Shown here piece after piece: positions 50,871 to 64,000 of a DNA stretch of 64,000 nt. The notes under the pieces were generated by a model. It made no database searches. It was given only the letters and a program-made list of their open reading frames with translations, and was not told the DNA's origin. The stretch is from positions 19,981,365 to 20,045,364 of the forward strand of contig NC_092678.1 in assembly GCF_964355755.1 (NCBI RefSeq), written 5' to 3'. Numbering within the stretch: position 1 is the stretch's first letter; each line of letters starts with the position of its first letter. Source of the stretch: Antedon mediterranea (Eukaryota > Animalia > Echinodermata). The position numbers were made by a program, and so were the translations under genes.

Positions 50871-52250
50871 GAGAATATTTTGCTTTGTTGCATGTTGTGG
50901 TAATTATGGTACAAAAAGTGAATAGCCTACCTATATCTAGGATGTGGTCTAATAATGGAAATAAGTGAATTATTAATTAACTTAATTAATATCAGTACTA
51001 TCACATGTCAAGGTGAATAACCTTTCTAATTAATCTGATTAATTATTGTCTAGTCTGTGAATCCTTGGACATTCCACTTTTAGTACAATGGAGCAGCACC
51101 ATGACCACTAATTAAGGAGAAATACCATAAGTCATCCGGATTATTTTAGTTCAAATTAGTGTCCCCTGACTAATTAAATGTTGTTTTATTAAATTAGTAC
51201 TGTTGACAGTGCCTTTTCATTGTAATACTAATAGGTAGTTGCTGGCTTCTAGTTTTACTACTAACTATAGTTCTGTAATTAGTTTGATCAGATGTTTCTT
51301 CCATTTTAATTTTATAGAAACCCTAATGAATCTTGTTTGTTTATTCTATTCTGTCGCCATTGATTGATGGCTTTGACCTCTCCACCAGTACTCTGATAAT
51401 TAGAAAGATAGAGGACAGCAAACATACCAATTTGAGAAAAGAATGGATGTTCCTATTTTATATCATACATTGTAATAAAACCATATTTTTCTTATAAATT
51501 TATTAGTGCCATCCTGAATATGGATTTAATTTTCCTGCAATTTTCCAATCCAATATGTCGTTCATTATCACACTACCATTCAAATTAAGCATTATTGTTT
51601 TGAATGTACAATAATGTATGCATGAGTTATTGAAAATCAAGTGTTCTCATTTTGTGACAAATAAAGTTCTGTACATCTGTTTATCCCTTTGTCACAAATG
51701 TTCACACATAGTTCATCTTCATCAATGGCAATTAATGTGGTGATGCTATAACACAATCATTTTTTTTTTTTCATTTAATAATAATTTGTTTTATTGATTT
51801 TATTGAAGTGCAGCACCTAATTTGTCCAATTATTCACAGTATCCATAGCTACAAAATTTCCCCACAATGCACATCAACTATTATTTACCCACAAATGCAC
51901 ATCAACACCCACTGACCTCTGAACTTTAAATCTTATATGAATTTCAGTCAAAAATCAATCATATTTCTTTGTTGATTTTCAAATGAAACAAAGAAATTAT
52001 CGCACCTTATGTTTTATAACATAGCATCAAATGCAGTGATTCCCATGAGAAATTGCCCTTTTAGTGACAACTTCCATGTCCCCAAATTGTGAACTCCATT
52101 AGATTAAAATATTTTATCAAGTTGGTGACACAATAGATGAATTGTTTGTCAGGTTTCCATGTTGTAATAGCAACCTCATTGGTATGTTGTTGTAAAGTTG
52201 TATTTTTGGAATTATTTGAATGAGCTCTTTCAATGAATTTGGTTTGAAAG

Positions 52251-52302
52251 ATGGATCGTAGTAGCGTCGGTCTGCCCTGTTACGAAGTTGTTCTCTCTAC
52301 AG
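52251..52302 (+). CDS. Candidate alternative first coding exon (MDRSSVGLPCYEVVLST)
   Basis: AAGATGG start, phase-1 donor AG|GTATTG, CpG-containing, upstream X-box-like GTTGTAATAGCAAC at 52161-52174. Confidence 0.3.
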
Positions 52303-52639
52303 GTATTGTAATTTTTCTCCTTCTATATTTTTAAAACCATTGGTATAATTTTTGAATGAAAATGAATAATTATCATCAATATGTTAAGACCGTTATTTTG
52401 TTTTATCCTTTCTAGTTCTAGTTGTCCCATGACCTAGAGGGGCGTAGCAGATAAGATAGGCCTATACTCATCATGATACGATACACAGGCATAGCCATAA
52501 CTCCCAGCCGTGCCTATAGTATCTCCTCTACTTTTCAAGGAACATTTTCAATAAAAAGATTTGATCATTAGATCAAGACACAACTTTGCACTGATTACTA
52601 GCTGCATTATGGGAGTATGTTTCCATAAAGGTTTGATCC

Positions 52640-52725
52640 AAAAAAATGATTGGGGTAATAATGTTCAGCGCTTAGAGAAGCTTGCTTGTAGAGCGCTATA
52701 TAAGAATGAACTATTATTATTATTA
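52640..52725 (+). mobile_element. L2/SINE-type 3' tail remnant
   Basis: CAGCGCTTAGAG...AGCGCTATATAAGAATGAAC(TAT)n. Confidence 0.5.
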
Positions 52726-53218
52726 GAATTTAAAAGGAGTAGAAAACATAGTTTTTCATTGCGTTTTTGACTATATATAATTTGATTATACTGCATATTG
52801 GATAAATTGGTATTATCGTCAAAATAGACTTGTAGGTCTGCCACTGTACTCTGCCAAAAATATTCTGAGTGATAGTTATTCTATAATTTTTGTTTAGTCC
52901 TAGTTTCAGCTTTGATGGCTTGACTTTAGCCTAGATGTAATTTAGGGTATGGTAATAAAAATGCTTAACATCCCTATGAGTCACTATACATTGTCATCAA
53001 ACTGTTAATGACATTTTCAGAGAAAATTAAATAGATTTTTTTTACAAAGGTACCTGTAAAATAATTGTATACTTTGTGGACAGTACTAATTGTAGGGTAC
53101 CTGTATCTTTCTTGTTATGAATCACTAAACATGGGTACTACTATGTAATATTGAAGACTTAAGATTTAATAAATTTAATTTTCATCTTTAAATGAGGAAA
53201 GTTGAATTAGGCCTCTAA

Positions 53219-53371
53219 AGCTCTGTCTAGTACACTATCAAACCTTATGTGACAAGAAAATGTGATGTGCCCATTATGGATATGATGAATTCTGATGTCA
53301 TACTAGCATACTGTATTTGGGCATATCAATACCATTTTTTGTCAAACTAGTTTGATAGTGTAGGCAGAGCT
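53219..53371. mobile_element. MITE, PIF/Harbinger-like
   Basis: TAA-AGCTCTGTCTAGTACACTATCAAAC ... GTTTGATAGTGTAGGCAGAGCT-TTA. Confidence 0.7.
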
Positions 53372-56300
53372 TTAGGATCTATGGTAGCTAGCCGGTAGTG
53401 CCTACCCAGATGAGCAGATCCCCTTTCCTTTCGAATAGTGTACACATTTTTGTACGATTTTGCCAGATGTTGGTATGTTTTGATAGATGTGCTGTTCTGA
53501 GGAACACAAGACTATATTTTTAGCTTGATTAATTTTTATCCAGGTAAGCACCATTCATTCAAGCAATGAATCATCCAAATATTTATAGAAATATTACATC
53601 ATCAATTGCAACGTGGATAATATGATGTGTGCTTGCATAGAAAACGTAAATTATTGCCTTCATGCATCATTGATTAATATTATTATTTGGTTGAACTATT
53701 GACTGGATATGCTGAAACCTATTCCCTCAGATTTTAATATTAATGAGCCAGGGTTAAGCTCGTGCTTGACTGATCACTATAATTATTAGTCTGCTCCCCT
53801 CTATAGTTGAATTTTTAAGTTTTATATTGAGGGCAGTATAGATGGAAACTTTTGCCTACTTTTATCAACTCTAATTCTTGTATACTGTATGTGACTGAGC
53901 ATAGTCCCAGTGGGCTTGATTAGAACACATTTTCAAAAAATGTTGCAGGTGGGATTCTTTATTATTATATTAAATTACATTTTAATAATAAATTTACTTA
54001 AATGTGATTATGCTCGAGTTTGGGATCCTCGGTTATCATATTTTCTTCATTATTTTTAATAAAAGTATGTTTGTTTTTGTCGGCAAGTTCTTAATTAACT
54101 AATTAGCCCTCTTAGAAGTTACTGTACCTTTTAAAAAATCTTTTTGGAGTTTATTAAGCAAGATCATTTACTATAGTTTATGGAACTAGAGAGAATAATA
54201 TTTCAAAGGTTTATAGAAGTAGTCTATAGTGTGATTGAGATTATAGGTTGAAATATATCCTGACTTTCAAATTTAAAAGATTAAACTTGTTAAAGAATGA
54301 TTTGGCTCAAACTATTAAAAGTACGCAATTTGTTCATTGACAAAAAGGACATGGTCCGATGCCTTTAAAGGAAAATAGATTACCTAACGACTCCACTGAG
54401 TCTTATTATTAAAGCGTGGATCTATTTTGTGTAAAGGAAGCCAATCCCTCATAATCCAGTAAAGAAGGGCGTATTGCTATAAGCTTGGTCAATAGCATGA
54501 AACTAGATTTACAACTTGAACTACGACCCCAGGATAGCATGCTATGGTTGTCCGTATTTACAAAAACAATATTTTCGGTGATTGTTTTTCAAAGAATCCA
54601 ATTAGTAGTTGGATATTTGAAAGGCCCTAAACATACACAGAATTGACAAAGCATGTTTCTTTACACCATCGTCATAGTACACTCATCATACTATTTTGTG
54701 CCATTCATTTCTGCATGGTATATATCATTATCATCTATCATAGTGACCATTACAGAAAAAAAAGTGGTCTTTTTGATTGTAAAAAATAATGACCGATGAA
54801 TTAATGATGTGCCCATTTTTTGTTCTATTACAATAAATTCACAAATGGCCTTCAAAATAAAAAAAAGAAATTTAAAAGGTGTGTAAATCTTAACAAGTCA
54901 ACGACCGGAACCTTCAATGAATTTAAAGCTGCCGTGACGTTTACAAATCTTTAACAGTACGCTATACCTCTTTAATTCATAAAAACTGCGATTATATTTG
55001 TGTGAGATTGTCTCTTTAATATGCGTGGTATTCTAAAAGGAAACGGCTTGATACTTGACAGGAAGGTAGTGCACACTAGATCGATTGTTTTAACGATTTT
55101 AATTGGCTTTTTTTTCCTCGGTTAAAAACTGACCCTGATAGTTTAATTTTAGACAACTTTAATTTCAACCGGTTTGGCAAACGCATTTCTAGAAATAAGA
55201 TGAGATATCGTTTTTGTTTTATTTCTTTTTTGGTTTTATTCCATAAAGTATAAAGAGAAATTGAACATGCTTTACAATATGGTAGTGTTTTTACTCTACA
55301 GCTCACTATGTTGGTCAGTTTGTCTGTAAACACTAACTTGAGCATGTGACTGCAGCCATGTATATGCCCTTGTTAAATTAAAAAACCATGGCAGAATGGG
55401 ATTATTTACATAAGGAAACTATCCACAAATGATTGAGAAAATATGAAAATATTTTCGATTTACCCTAAAATAACATTGAAATTAAAAGTTTAACTTGTTT
55501 TAATATCAGATTTTAAACTGGCTTCTTTTACAATTCAATTCGTCAACACTGTTAAGTACAGGTGTCAATACTGCACATGTATGCTAATTAACCACCTGTA
55601 TAACAAACATTGACTCAGTCAATTGATTTGTTAAATTGCGCACTTCCTAATATCTCTCTCTTCCTGTGATTCAGTTTTAGATAAAAATGGCGTTTCCAAT
55701 TCGAAATTAAATATAGTGCGAAATAAATTATCTTTAATTAAACAGTTTAGACGCGTTGGAGTAACTTTGCATATTTTGTTATGTTTTGGTGTTTACCGAA
55801 TGATTACACAGGCAGTTAGATCATAGGTGACTCAATAGACTTGGAGCCTGATATTCTACACGATGAGGTTGTCTGCACAGGCTGTTCCTTCCTTTACCCC
55901 TCCCTAGTAGATTGTTCAGTTGATCAATTTACAAATGTAATATTAAACGAATGAACACCATCACTCATCATCCATACATTAATTTTCCTATGTTTCAACT
56001 AGCCGGACCTCAATCAAAGTTTGAAATTTAACCATACTTTTTTGCACCTTATTAAATTAAAATTAATTTGTTTCTGATTTTATAGCGAGCCAAGTTTGTT
56101 TTAATCTGCAATCTATATATTTCCATTTCCTCCAGGCCAGTTTTTAGGTCAATTTCAATATTTTAGATTAAAAAATATATATATTTGTATAACTCTGAAC
56201 TTTTTTGTAACACTTTTTGCACCATAATTTGTCAATAGAGTTCTGAAACTAGGTTAGCGTTCACATTTTTATGTCAATTGCAATACTTTTAAATGAACAT

Positions 56301-57252
56301 TTATTAATATTTTTATATTACTGAACTTTTTAGTAACATTTGATTGTTCAAAGTTCACCATAATTTGTGAATAAAGTTGTGAAACTGGGTTACAGTTGGA
56401 ATGATAAATTTATTATAATTTGTTTTGATCTGTGAAAGCAAAATACACAATACTCCTACAGTTAATAGCCTAATATTTTTCAAGATACAGTCAGATTCCC
56501 TTATCGTCTTCCTGGTTATCCTGCCTCTTGGGGGAGTCTAAACACTCCTCTGACGTCATCATCATCTACATCTTAAATTTTGTTATTGGATTTTTATCTC
56601 TATGGGACACTAGAAATTATCTGTTTACCAAAGAGTATTCAGTATCACTATAAAAAGACATAACTCAAGTTGTTACATGTAATTTAAAGTTACTGATATG
56701 AGGGAAAGTATTTTATAATGTGTTCAGTTTGTAAGTACCTACCGTAGTGTGCAGTACAGCACGTTGACTAGAGCACTCTGTAGATATTGCAAGGTACAAT
56801 TGTGTACCTTAGTGATTTGTCACTGTACCACGCACCTGTATAAAAAAAGCGATATTTGGCGTGGCGTAAAAATGTCAACAGGATGTTTTCAGTTCACAAA
56901 GTCTGTTTATAACTTCTCTTTTAACAGATCGCTATGTAAGTAATTTTTTTTTACTTATTTAATTTTTAAAATATTTATAAATGTCTTGATATTCTTATTT
57001 AGTTATTATTGTCTGTGAATTTGCTTTTTATTATCTAATTGTATTTTGAAATATAAATTATCTGGCAAAAGTAATATCATCATCATCATCACCATCACCA
57101 TCATATCATTTTATGCTCCACATCTTCCAACAAGTTTCGCTCAAAAATATTTTGAATTTTCAAAGCCAAACCTATGACATCTGTCTTCCAACATAAAAGG
57201 AAACGTACTCAATTAGTGCACACAGTAAATTGAAGAAAGTCAAATATATAAT

Positions 57253-57585
57253 ACTCTGTCTACACTATAGTATCAAACTAGTTTGACAAAAATGTGTTGT
57301 GCCCAAATATGGTAGTGATATGCCCAAATATGGTAGTGATGTGCCCAAATATGGTAGTGATGTGTCCAAATATGGTAGTGATGTGCCCAAATATGGTAGT
57401 GATGTGCCCAAATATGGTAGTGATGTGCCCAAATATGGTAGTGATATTCCCAAATATTGTAGTGATATGCCCAAATGGTAGTGATGTGCCCAAATATAGT
57501 AGTGATATGCCTATAAATATGGTAGTGATATGCCTATAAATATGGTAGTGATATGACATCATCGTGTTCATATGGGCACACCACC
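57253..57585. repeat. Same MITE family with an expanded internal 21-bp minisatellite (GTGCCCAAATATGGTAGTGAT) x~12
   Basis: One TIR at 57253-57278 followed by the tandem array, which explains the four repetitive ORFs in the track. Confidence 0.85.
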
Positions 57586-58836
57586 TTTAAAGTTGTTTCC
57601 TCTTGACAAGAAACATTTTTTTAGGCCATATCTGAACTTTAATAATTAAATTAACTTTTAAAATAAAAAAAATTAATTAAATTATTCTTTAATCCATGTG
57701 GCAAATCCTGTAAAAGTTTCTTAATTACAGTTTTATCTAAACATCTGTTTACAGAAATAACAACTAAACTGTTCATACATTAACAAGAAAAACAAACTAG
57801 ATAATATCATTACAATATCCAGAATGTTTAATCTTTATTGCTAATTAGTGACTAAGATATTTTCTATAGAGTTAGTAGAGATTGCATGTTTTCCTTGTAG
57901 GAGCCAACCACCGGTTACAGGTGTATCTGTATTCTGTTCTGTGGACTGACATTAACTTAATGTTTTATTTATAACAATGTTTACACAGTATTTTTAATCG
58001 GAGTAATAGTATGATCTATTGGAGTTATAGTTGAGGTTTAGATTGTTGTTGTACAAGTTAAAAAGGTGGTTATTGTTTTCTCATTTTTTTTTCTCATGTG
58101 TGTGTCAATAGTGCTATATTGGTACAGTATTTTTAACAAGTTTTGTTTAGTATTAAATTTAGAAAATTATACACATAATTTCTATGGATCTAATATTCTT
58201 ATAATTTTATTTAAAGGTGACTTTCCTTTTCCGGATAAATTATCTGAAATAATTATTAAATATAATAAATGATAACAGATTTCCTCATTTTCAGATTTTA
58301 TAATATTAATATTGTATATAGAATGGGAAGGTGACTACCCATACCCTCTTTATTTTCCCTTAACTCCATCCAGCACCGCAGAACTCTATACCCTCTTTAA
58401 TGCCCCTTAACTCCCCCTTAAAAGCTGAAAGTTTATTTGTGAATGAATCATAGTTGAGGAATTCTTGTTGTTTGCACAAAACAAACATAATACCATTGAA
58501 TAAACTTTGAAAAGCCTAAAGCATTTTATTCACAAAATTACTCCACATAAAAATGGTAACTCCCTAGCTCATGAATATTCTTTAATGGCATTATTTACAC
58601 TGACCAATCAGCAGATAGTTTTCCGTAGTCTGACAAGAAGTAATGAATTATTCATCAGATGAGGTAATTGTGTGATGTCATTGCTCCCTCATGCGGATAG
58701 TTCTATTCTTGTCTGGTTTTCAGTTGAGTTAGCAGAGTCTACCTGATTTCACTAAGGTTTTTCAAAATATCTTACAATAATATATGATTAGACGCTGATG
58801 TGGACGCCACACTGGTTAGAAAAAGAACAGCACAAA

Positions 58837-58969
58837 ATGTTTGTGATATTATGCTCAAAATTGAGGCAGACCTTTAGTAAGGCTGCAGAATGGCTTTCTT
58901 GGACTTATAAAGATAAGAAAAAACCTGAAGTGAACAGTAATGGAATGATAGTAGCCTGTGCTAACGGAG
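58837..58969 (+). CDS. Candidate alternative first coding exon (MFVILCSKLRQTFSKAAEWLSWTYKDKKKPEVNSNGMIVACANG)
   Basis: AAAATG start (upstream in-frame ATG at 58798), 44 open codons, phase-1 donor AG|GTACGT, upstream CCAAT (~58604), TGATGTCA and ATGGTAAC. Confidence 0.5.
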
Positions 58970-61900
58970 GTACGTAAAAAGGATTTTAAAGATTACCTTT
59001 TTGATAGCCTACAGTACATCGTTTAGAGCTATACTTAAATCACTGTTGATTGCATCACTTTTACCGTCAAGGCACTACAGTATCCACCCATTGTTAATTG
59101 ATAATTTTTTCTAATTAGAAATATTTTTATAAGCTACTAGGAATTTTTTTATTAGATTTCTTCCCTTGGCAGCTGTTGATTTAAAAAAATGATAATTGAT
59201 TCTTGGATGTGTTGTTAGGCGTCATGTGATACAAAGTGCACTGCATTAATTATCTTTTCTATCAGTCTATTAAATACATGCTTTTAATTTTTGCTTGGAA
59301 TACAGTAGTGGGTGTAGCTTTTTTTGTCTCATACTAATTTTTATGTTGTGTATTTAAATGCAGGGAGGGTCAAACATGTTATTGTTTATTTTGTTTATTA
59401 TAAAGTACAGGTAAACAGGGTACCTGTATAATATGCTAATTATTATTACTCTCACAAGTTGATTGGTTGTTTGTTATGTTTTTCCTTGTACAATTGTTGT
59501 TCAGAGTAATAATATTATATACTATTATTATTATATTAAATATTTAATTAAGTTTAAACAATATATAATTAGTAGAAACTGCACTCAATTAACATCAAAC
59601 AAATGCGCGCAAAATATTGTGAGTAACAAACGCCGTAATAATTTATACCAGATTTTGTGATACAATTGCTTATTTATTGTTTTTTTTGTACACTACAATT
59701 GTAATACAGTAAATTATATTATAATTTTACACAATTATTATTATACTAGTGTAAACAAATTTATAATTAGTAGGAACTGAACTTTGTCAATTGACATCAA
59801 ACAAACACGCGCCAAATATTGTGAGTAACCAATGTTGAAATAATTCATACCGGGCGGCGGATTTGGTGATACAATTGTTATTTTAAAAATTCAATAATAA
59901 CTACTGTAAGTAGCTTACTGGAATGTCTCTATAATGAAGGTGATTTTACACAATATTACCCTCAAAGTTGCGTAATTAAAATCCTATTATTACTCGTTTT
60001 CTTAACAATCGCATCTTACACATGATTTCTCAAATTTCTCTATTTTAATCATTTCAACATGAGTACTTACAATAAACAATTAAGTTATTGTAACCCAGGG
60101 TCACTTTCAGGTGACCTTTCACAGTTTTAATCCACTGTTAAAACTATTGTTTAAAGTGGTATTCAATTGTATAACATTTTGGAGGGAATTCATAGTCCTT
60201 TTCCTGTGTTGACACTACTGTCGATGTTTAAGAGCATTAAAAGATTTAAATGCCACACCTGGTAGTTCAGTAGATTTAATATCAGTGTCTCGGAATATAC
60301 AGCTGTACGTTCTGTAGATTAATTACATTATACTAATATTTACTCATATTCACTTATTGTAACAATACTATCTACATCAGTTAAAATACTTCATTAGTAG
60401 CAGTAAAATATAATATTTCATAATAGTACAGATTGGAACACTTTAATTATTTTTGTCAAAGATTCATTTACTTTGCAACTCATAAAGGCATTCTACTGTA
60501 CCATTTCTACAATATTAATTGTACTTACCTAAAACTCTGTAAATTTAATATGAAATTTTAACAGAATACTGTATTGTAAGTGTAACATTCACATTTATTT
60601 CTGAGTAAATACATTAGAATCCCTATTGGGGACACCTTCATTCAAGACCAAACAAATTATCTCCTTAATACTGTAGAGGTGGAAAGGAAAATTCCTGGAA
60701 AGGTGACAACCATATTGTACAGTAGTATTGATATTACAGACTGTAGCCTACTGTATATTAATTTCGAAATGTCCCCATAATAAATGCATGGTTCTACCGC
60801 ATCTGATATGTTGATGAAGTCATTGCCAGGAAATAAAGTACTAATCTAATACAACTATAATGACCTTATTAATAAAAATAATTACTGTACATGATTAACA
60901 TTATACTAGTCTATTCTCACTTTGACTTTGTCCATAAAAAATTACCTAAACATTATGTTATTTTTTAACTGGCTGTTGATTGAATTTTTAACGATGTCCT
61001 TGATTTAGATGACAGGTTTTTAAAATCATTGCCAAATATCTCTATCAAAATTATCTTTAACCTAAATTAGTAACTGGTACATTTCTTAGTCATTTAAAAA
61101 CAGAATGATAGCCCATAGTTTCAACTAAATCTTGGTACATGTAGAACAATTGAGGTGTCATGGATAGAAGTATTAATGACTGTAAACATTTGTTGTGCAT
61201 ATACAGTATTTTGGTTTAAGCATTTACAATGTCCTGTAGTTATGTTATGACTGTTTTATTTGCGACATGCTTCAATTTGTTTATAAGGATAAAAAAATGC
61301 TGTTTTCCCATCATGTGGTTTTACAGTTACTGTAGTTTCCCAAGAAACACAGGGAAAGTTTTCTGTGAGTCATTTTTAAAAGTATCTGTTTTATTGAACT
61401 ATTCAATTATTATTTAATGTTAAAAAAGTGTTCAACAAATTTAAAAGATTTTCTAGTCTTGTGGCTGTTTTTGATTGCGACATGTTCTAATTTTTTCCCA
61501 TGTGTGATTTATAATCTGCTTAAAAATACAAGAAACTGGTTGCCCATCATGTGACTCTAGTTGCCCAATTTGGAAAGGTTTTTGCGGGTCATGCCTAAAT
61601 TATTAACATAGAGATAGTGTTATTTAACTAGAGAGGCCCTTGTATATAAAAGTGTTTAGTATTCAACAAATTGAAAATGTTGTCTTGAGACTTATAGAAA
61701 TATCAGACAAGATCAGGTGAGACATTTTGCAACAGGGCTGGAAATGACATAAGAGCTTCATCTACAGTACTTCCAAGTGACTTCTTAAACTTTCTTTCTC
61801 CTTTCACAATTCAAAGTTAAATTTCTTATCATTTTAGCCCACAAGTACTGCACATGTTTTATAGACTGATATGCTTTTTTTTTCTGTGTGTTTTAACTCT

Positions 61901-64000
61901 TACCAGTTGGTCTGACCTGGTCCAGTTTGACGTGACTCAATTGTGTCGTGTCAGTTCTAGCTGAGAGGGCCTAGCTATGGGAGGTTGTCAGAAATGAGTC
62001 ACAGAAAGTTGACGAAACGTCAAATTTGTTAAATTAACTTTAAAGACCCTGTAGTTATCATGGCAGTACTGTCGATGATTAACATACAGTCTTGGGCTCC
62101 CTGCTGCTAATTAGCATAAGGTTTTTATTCAAATGTACGCCCTGGGTGTTTTGTTGTTGAAGGATTTTGGCAAGAAGCAGGACTTCTCGATGAATAAGAT
62201 CTTGATTTGGTTAAGGGTTGTTTAATGAAGCCTGCATTAATATAAGTTTGTTGGCCAGTGTCTGGAAATTTGTCAAGTTTTGGATTGAAATAAAAGATGT
62301 CTATCACGGTAGCCTTAATACGTTATTTTATAAGGGTGTGTATAGTTAAACTAAAACGAAAAAAAAATCATGTCATATTTTTGCTATCACTAACTACAGT
62401 AGAGAAACATGTACTGTAGACATACTGTAACTGTACATATTGGGAATTGAATGTTTATTAATTATTCTATTATAATTAATAATTTCTTGAGGTACCCCGA
62501 ATCAGAGGACACCCCTACGGGTATAAAGTGGATAGATTCCTTTGAAATGATCCAAGAAAAATATGGTCTAAGTTCCAAGTTCAACTTTATTTATCCACGG
62601 AGACCCAGATCAACACAAGATTGTTCTTTCCTGGGACTGTTTAACAACCCCTATTCAGAGGGACAGACACCCATATTAAGAAGACACTTTAATGAGTTCA
62701 ACCTTATTAGAGGTTCTATAAAAAGTAATGTTTATTTAAATATGTTTCAATTTTTTTTTTAATATTTTGTTTTGACTTTCTCTTTATTTAGTACATATTT
62801 TAATTTTATGAAATCTGCAAATTTGTTAACACCTTTTTGGTGATTGGATTAAATAGGTTTAACTTTTATTGTATACCTGCCAAATGGTGTCCTGAGGTAA
62901 ACTTTATATTGTTGTTGTTTTACAAAGAAACTGACGTGTAATTGACGTCATCGTTGCACACAAACAGAGATTCCAACTGTTACAATAACCGAGCACAGTT
63001 TGAAGTACCTGTGTAGCGATAAAAATAAGTTAAATATTAATGTCTTGCTTTATCAACTTTGATTTCAGTTTCAGGTCCTTTTAAACTACTATTCATTTAT
63101 GTTAAACAATTTAATTTGAAATTGAATCATACTAACTACTCAAAATAAATTTGAAAATTTAATTGTAAGATGTTTGTAGTGGAAATTTTATTTTCAGGTA
63201 AATTATACTGCAGAAAGTTGTTTAAAAATTCAACCCAGACTTAACTTAATTTGTTTCTTGATAGTTTGTGAAAATATTCTTCTTGTTCTCCAACTACTAC
63301 TGTAGTTCTTACTGTTGTTTTAAATTTTAAATAAGATTATAAGATTTTTGTCCAATGCTTGCTTGCAGTAAGCATGTAGGTTTGGGGTTGGTTAACATAC
63401 TAGTATTGCTATTTGGTTGGATCTTTCTTTTGTAAACACATTGAGACTATGACATATTTTATTAAATATGATCATGTTGATGAGAACGTTCTTTAAGTCT
63501 GTCCCCATCCCCTCTTGGCAACTATAAGTATTTTTCTACCAAATGTATGCATAATTCCAGCGCAATCCTACCCCACTCAAGTTCGTTTCACTTCCCTTCT
63601 TGCCATCGCTTTGTTACTTTCCACACAATATAAAACACATTTTTTTCTATGTGGCCGTAAATAATAAACATGTGTTTGTCGTGGGAATTAGCTTCCCAAG
63701 AAATTATAATTCGGAAGTTTGAAAATAGATTGTATCAAGAATAATACGATGTTCGATTTTCTTCCCATAGAGGCCTTTTAAATATTAAAAATAAATGTTT
63801 AAGTACTTTATCAAATTAATTAGCTAGTTCTGTAAATTATTTTAACTAGCTACAACAGTGTTCTGTAAAGTCTGTTAGCTACTGTAGCTAACAGAAATCT
63901 TTTGTAATCCGTCACTGTTTAATAAGTACTGTAACTTATAGTCTGTTAGCTAGCTAAATTTGATTTCTACAAAGTGACTACAGTATACTAGGTAGTGCTC

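Noticed and set aside
57265-57571. Repetitive ORFs (GHITTIF, PKYGSDV)
   Set aside because: They are translations of a 21-bp minisatellite inside a MITE.
1-64000. Autonomous transposase, reverse transcriptase or viral genes
   Set aside because: No long ORFs or recognisable catalytic motifs were seen.

Overview
AT-rich animal (probably marine invertebrate) genomic DNA with spliceosomal introns, so most entries in the ORF track are only exon fragments. Bases 1-37.2 kb hold a tandem array of four copies (copy 1 is cut by the window edge and carries a nonsense codon) of an unrecognised multi-exon gene on the + strand. Hand-splicing at canonical AG/GT sites gives open frames of about 1227, 963 and 819 aa. 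Each protein starts with a Cys-Cys/polybasic N-terminus (MPISLCCGIKLRLPKCLRRTRI), followed by a variable number of symmetric phase-1 exon modules. Each module encodes one amphipathic helix resembling the AKAP (PKA regulatory-subunit docking) motif, giving 9-11 helices per protein. This is a candidate multivalent, membrane-anchored AKAP-like family. From about 39.4 kb a RASSF1-like gene begins, with a non-coding first exon, a coding exon carrying the first half of a C1 domain, and a long intron containing candidate alternative first exons. The window also contains two non-autonomous Helitrons, a Helentron/HINE-like element, MITEs, SINE/LINE fragments, minisatellites and many apparent transposon excision footprints. 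All calls were made by eye; no database searches were run.
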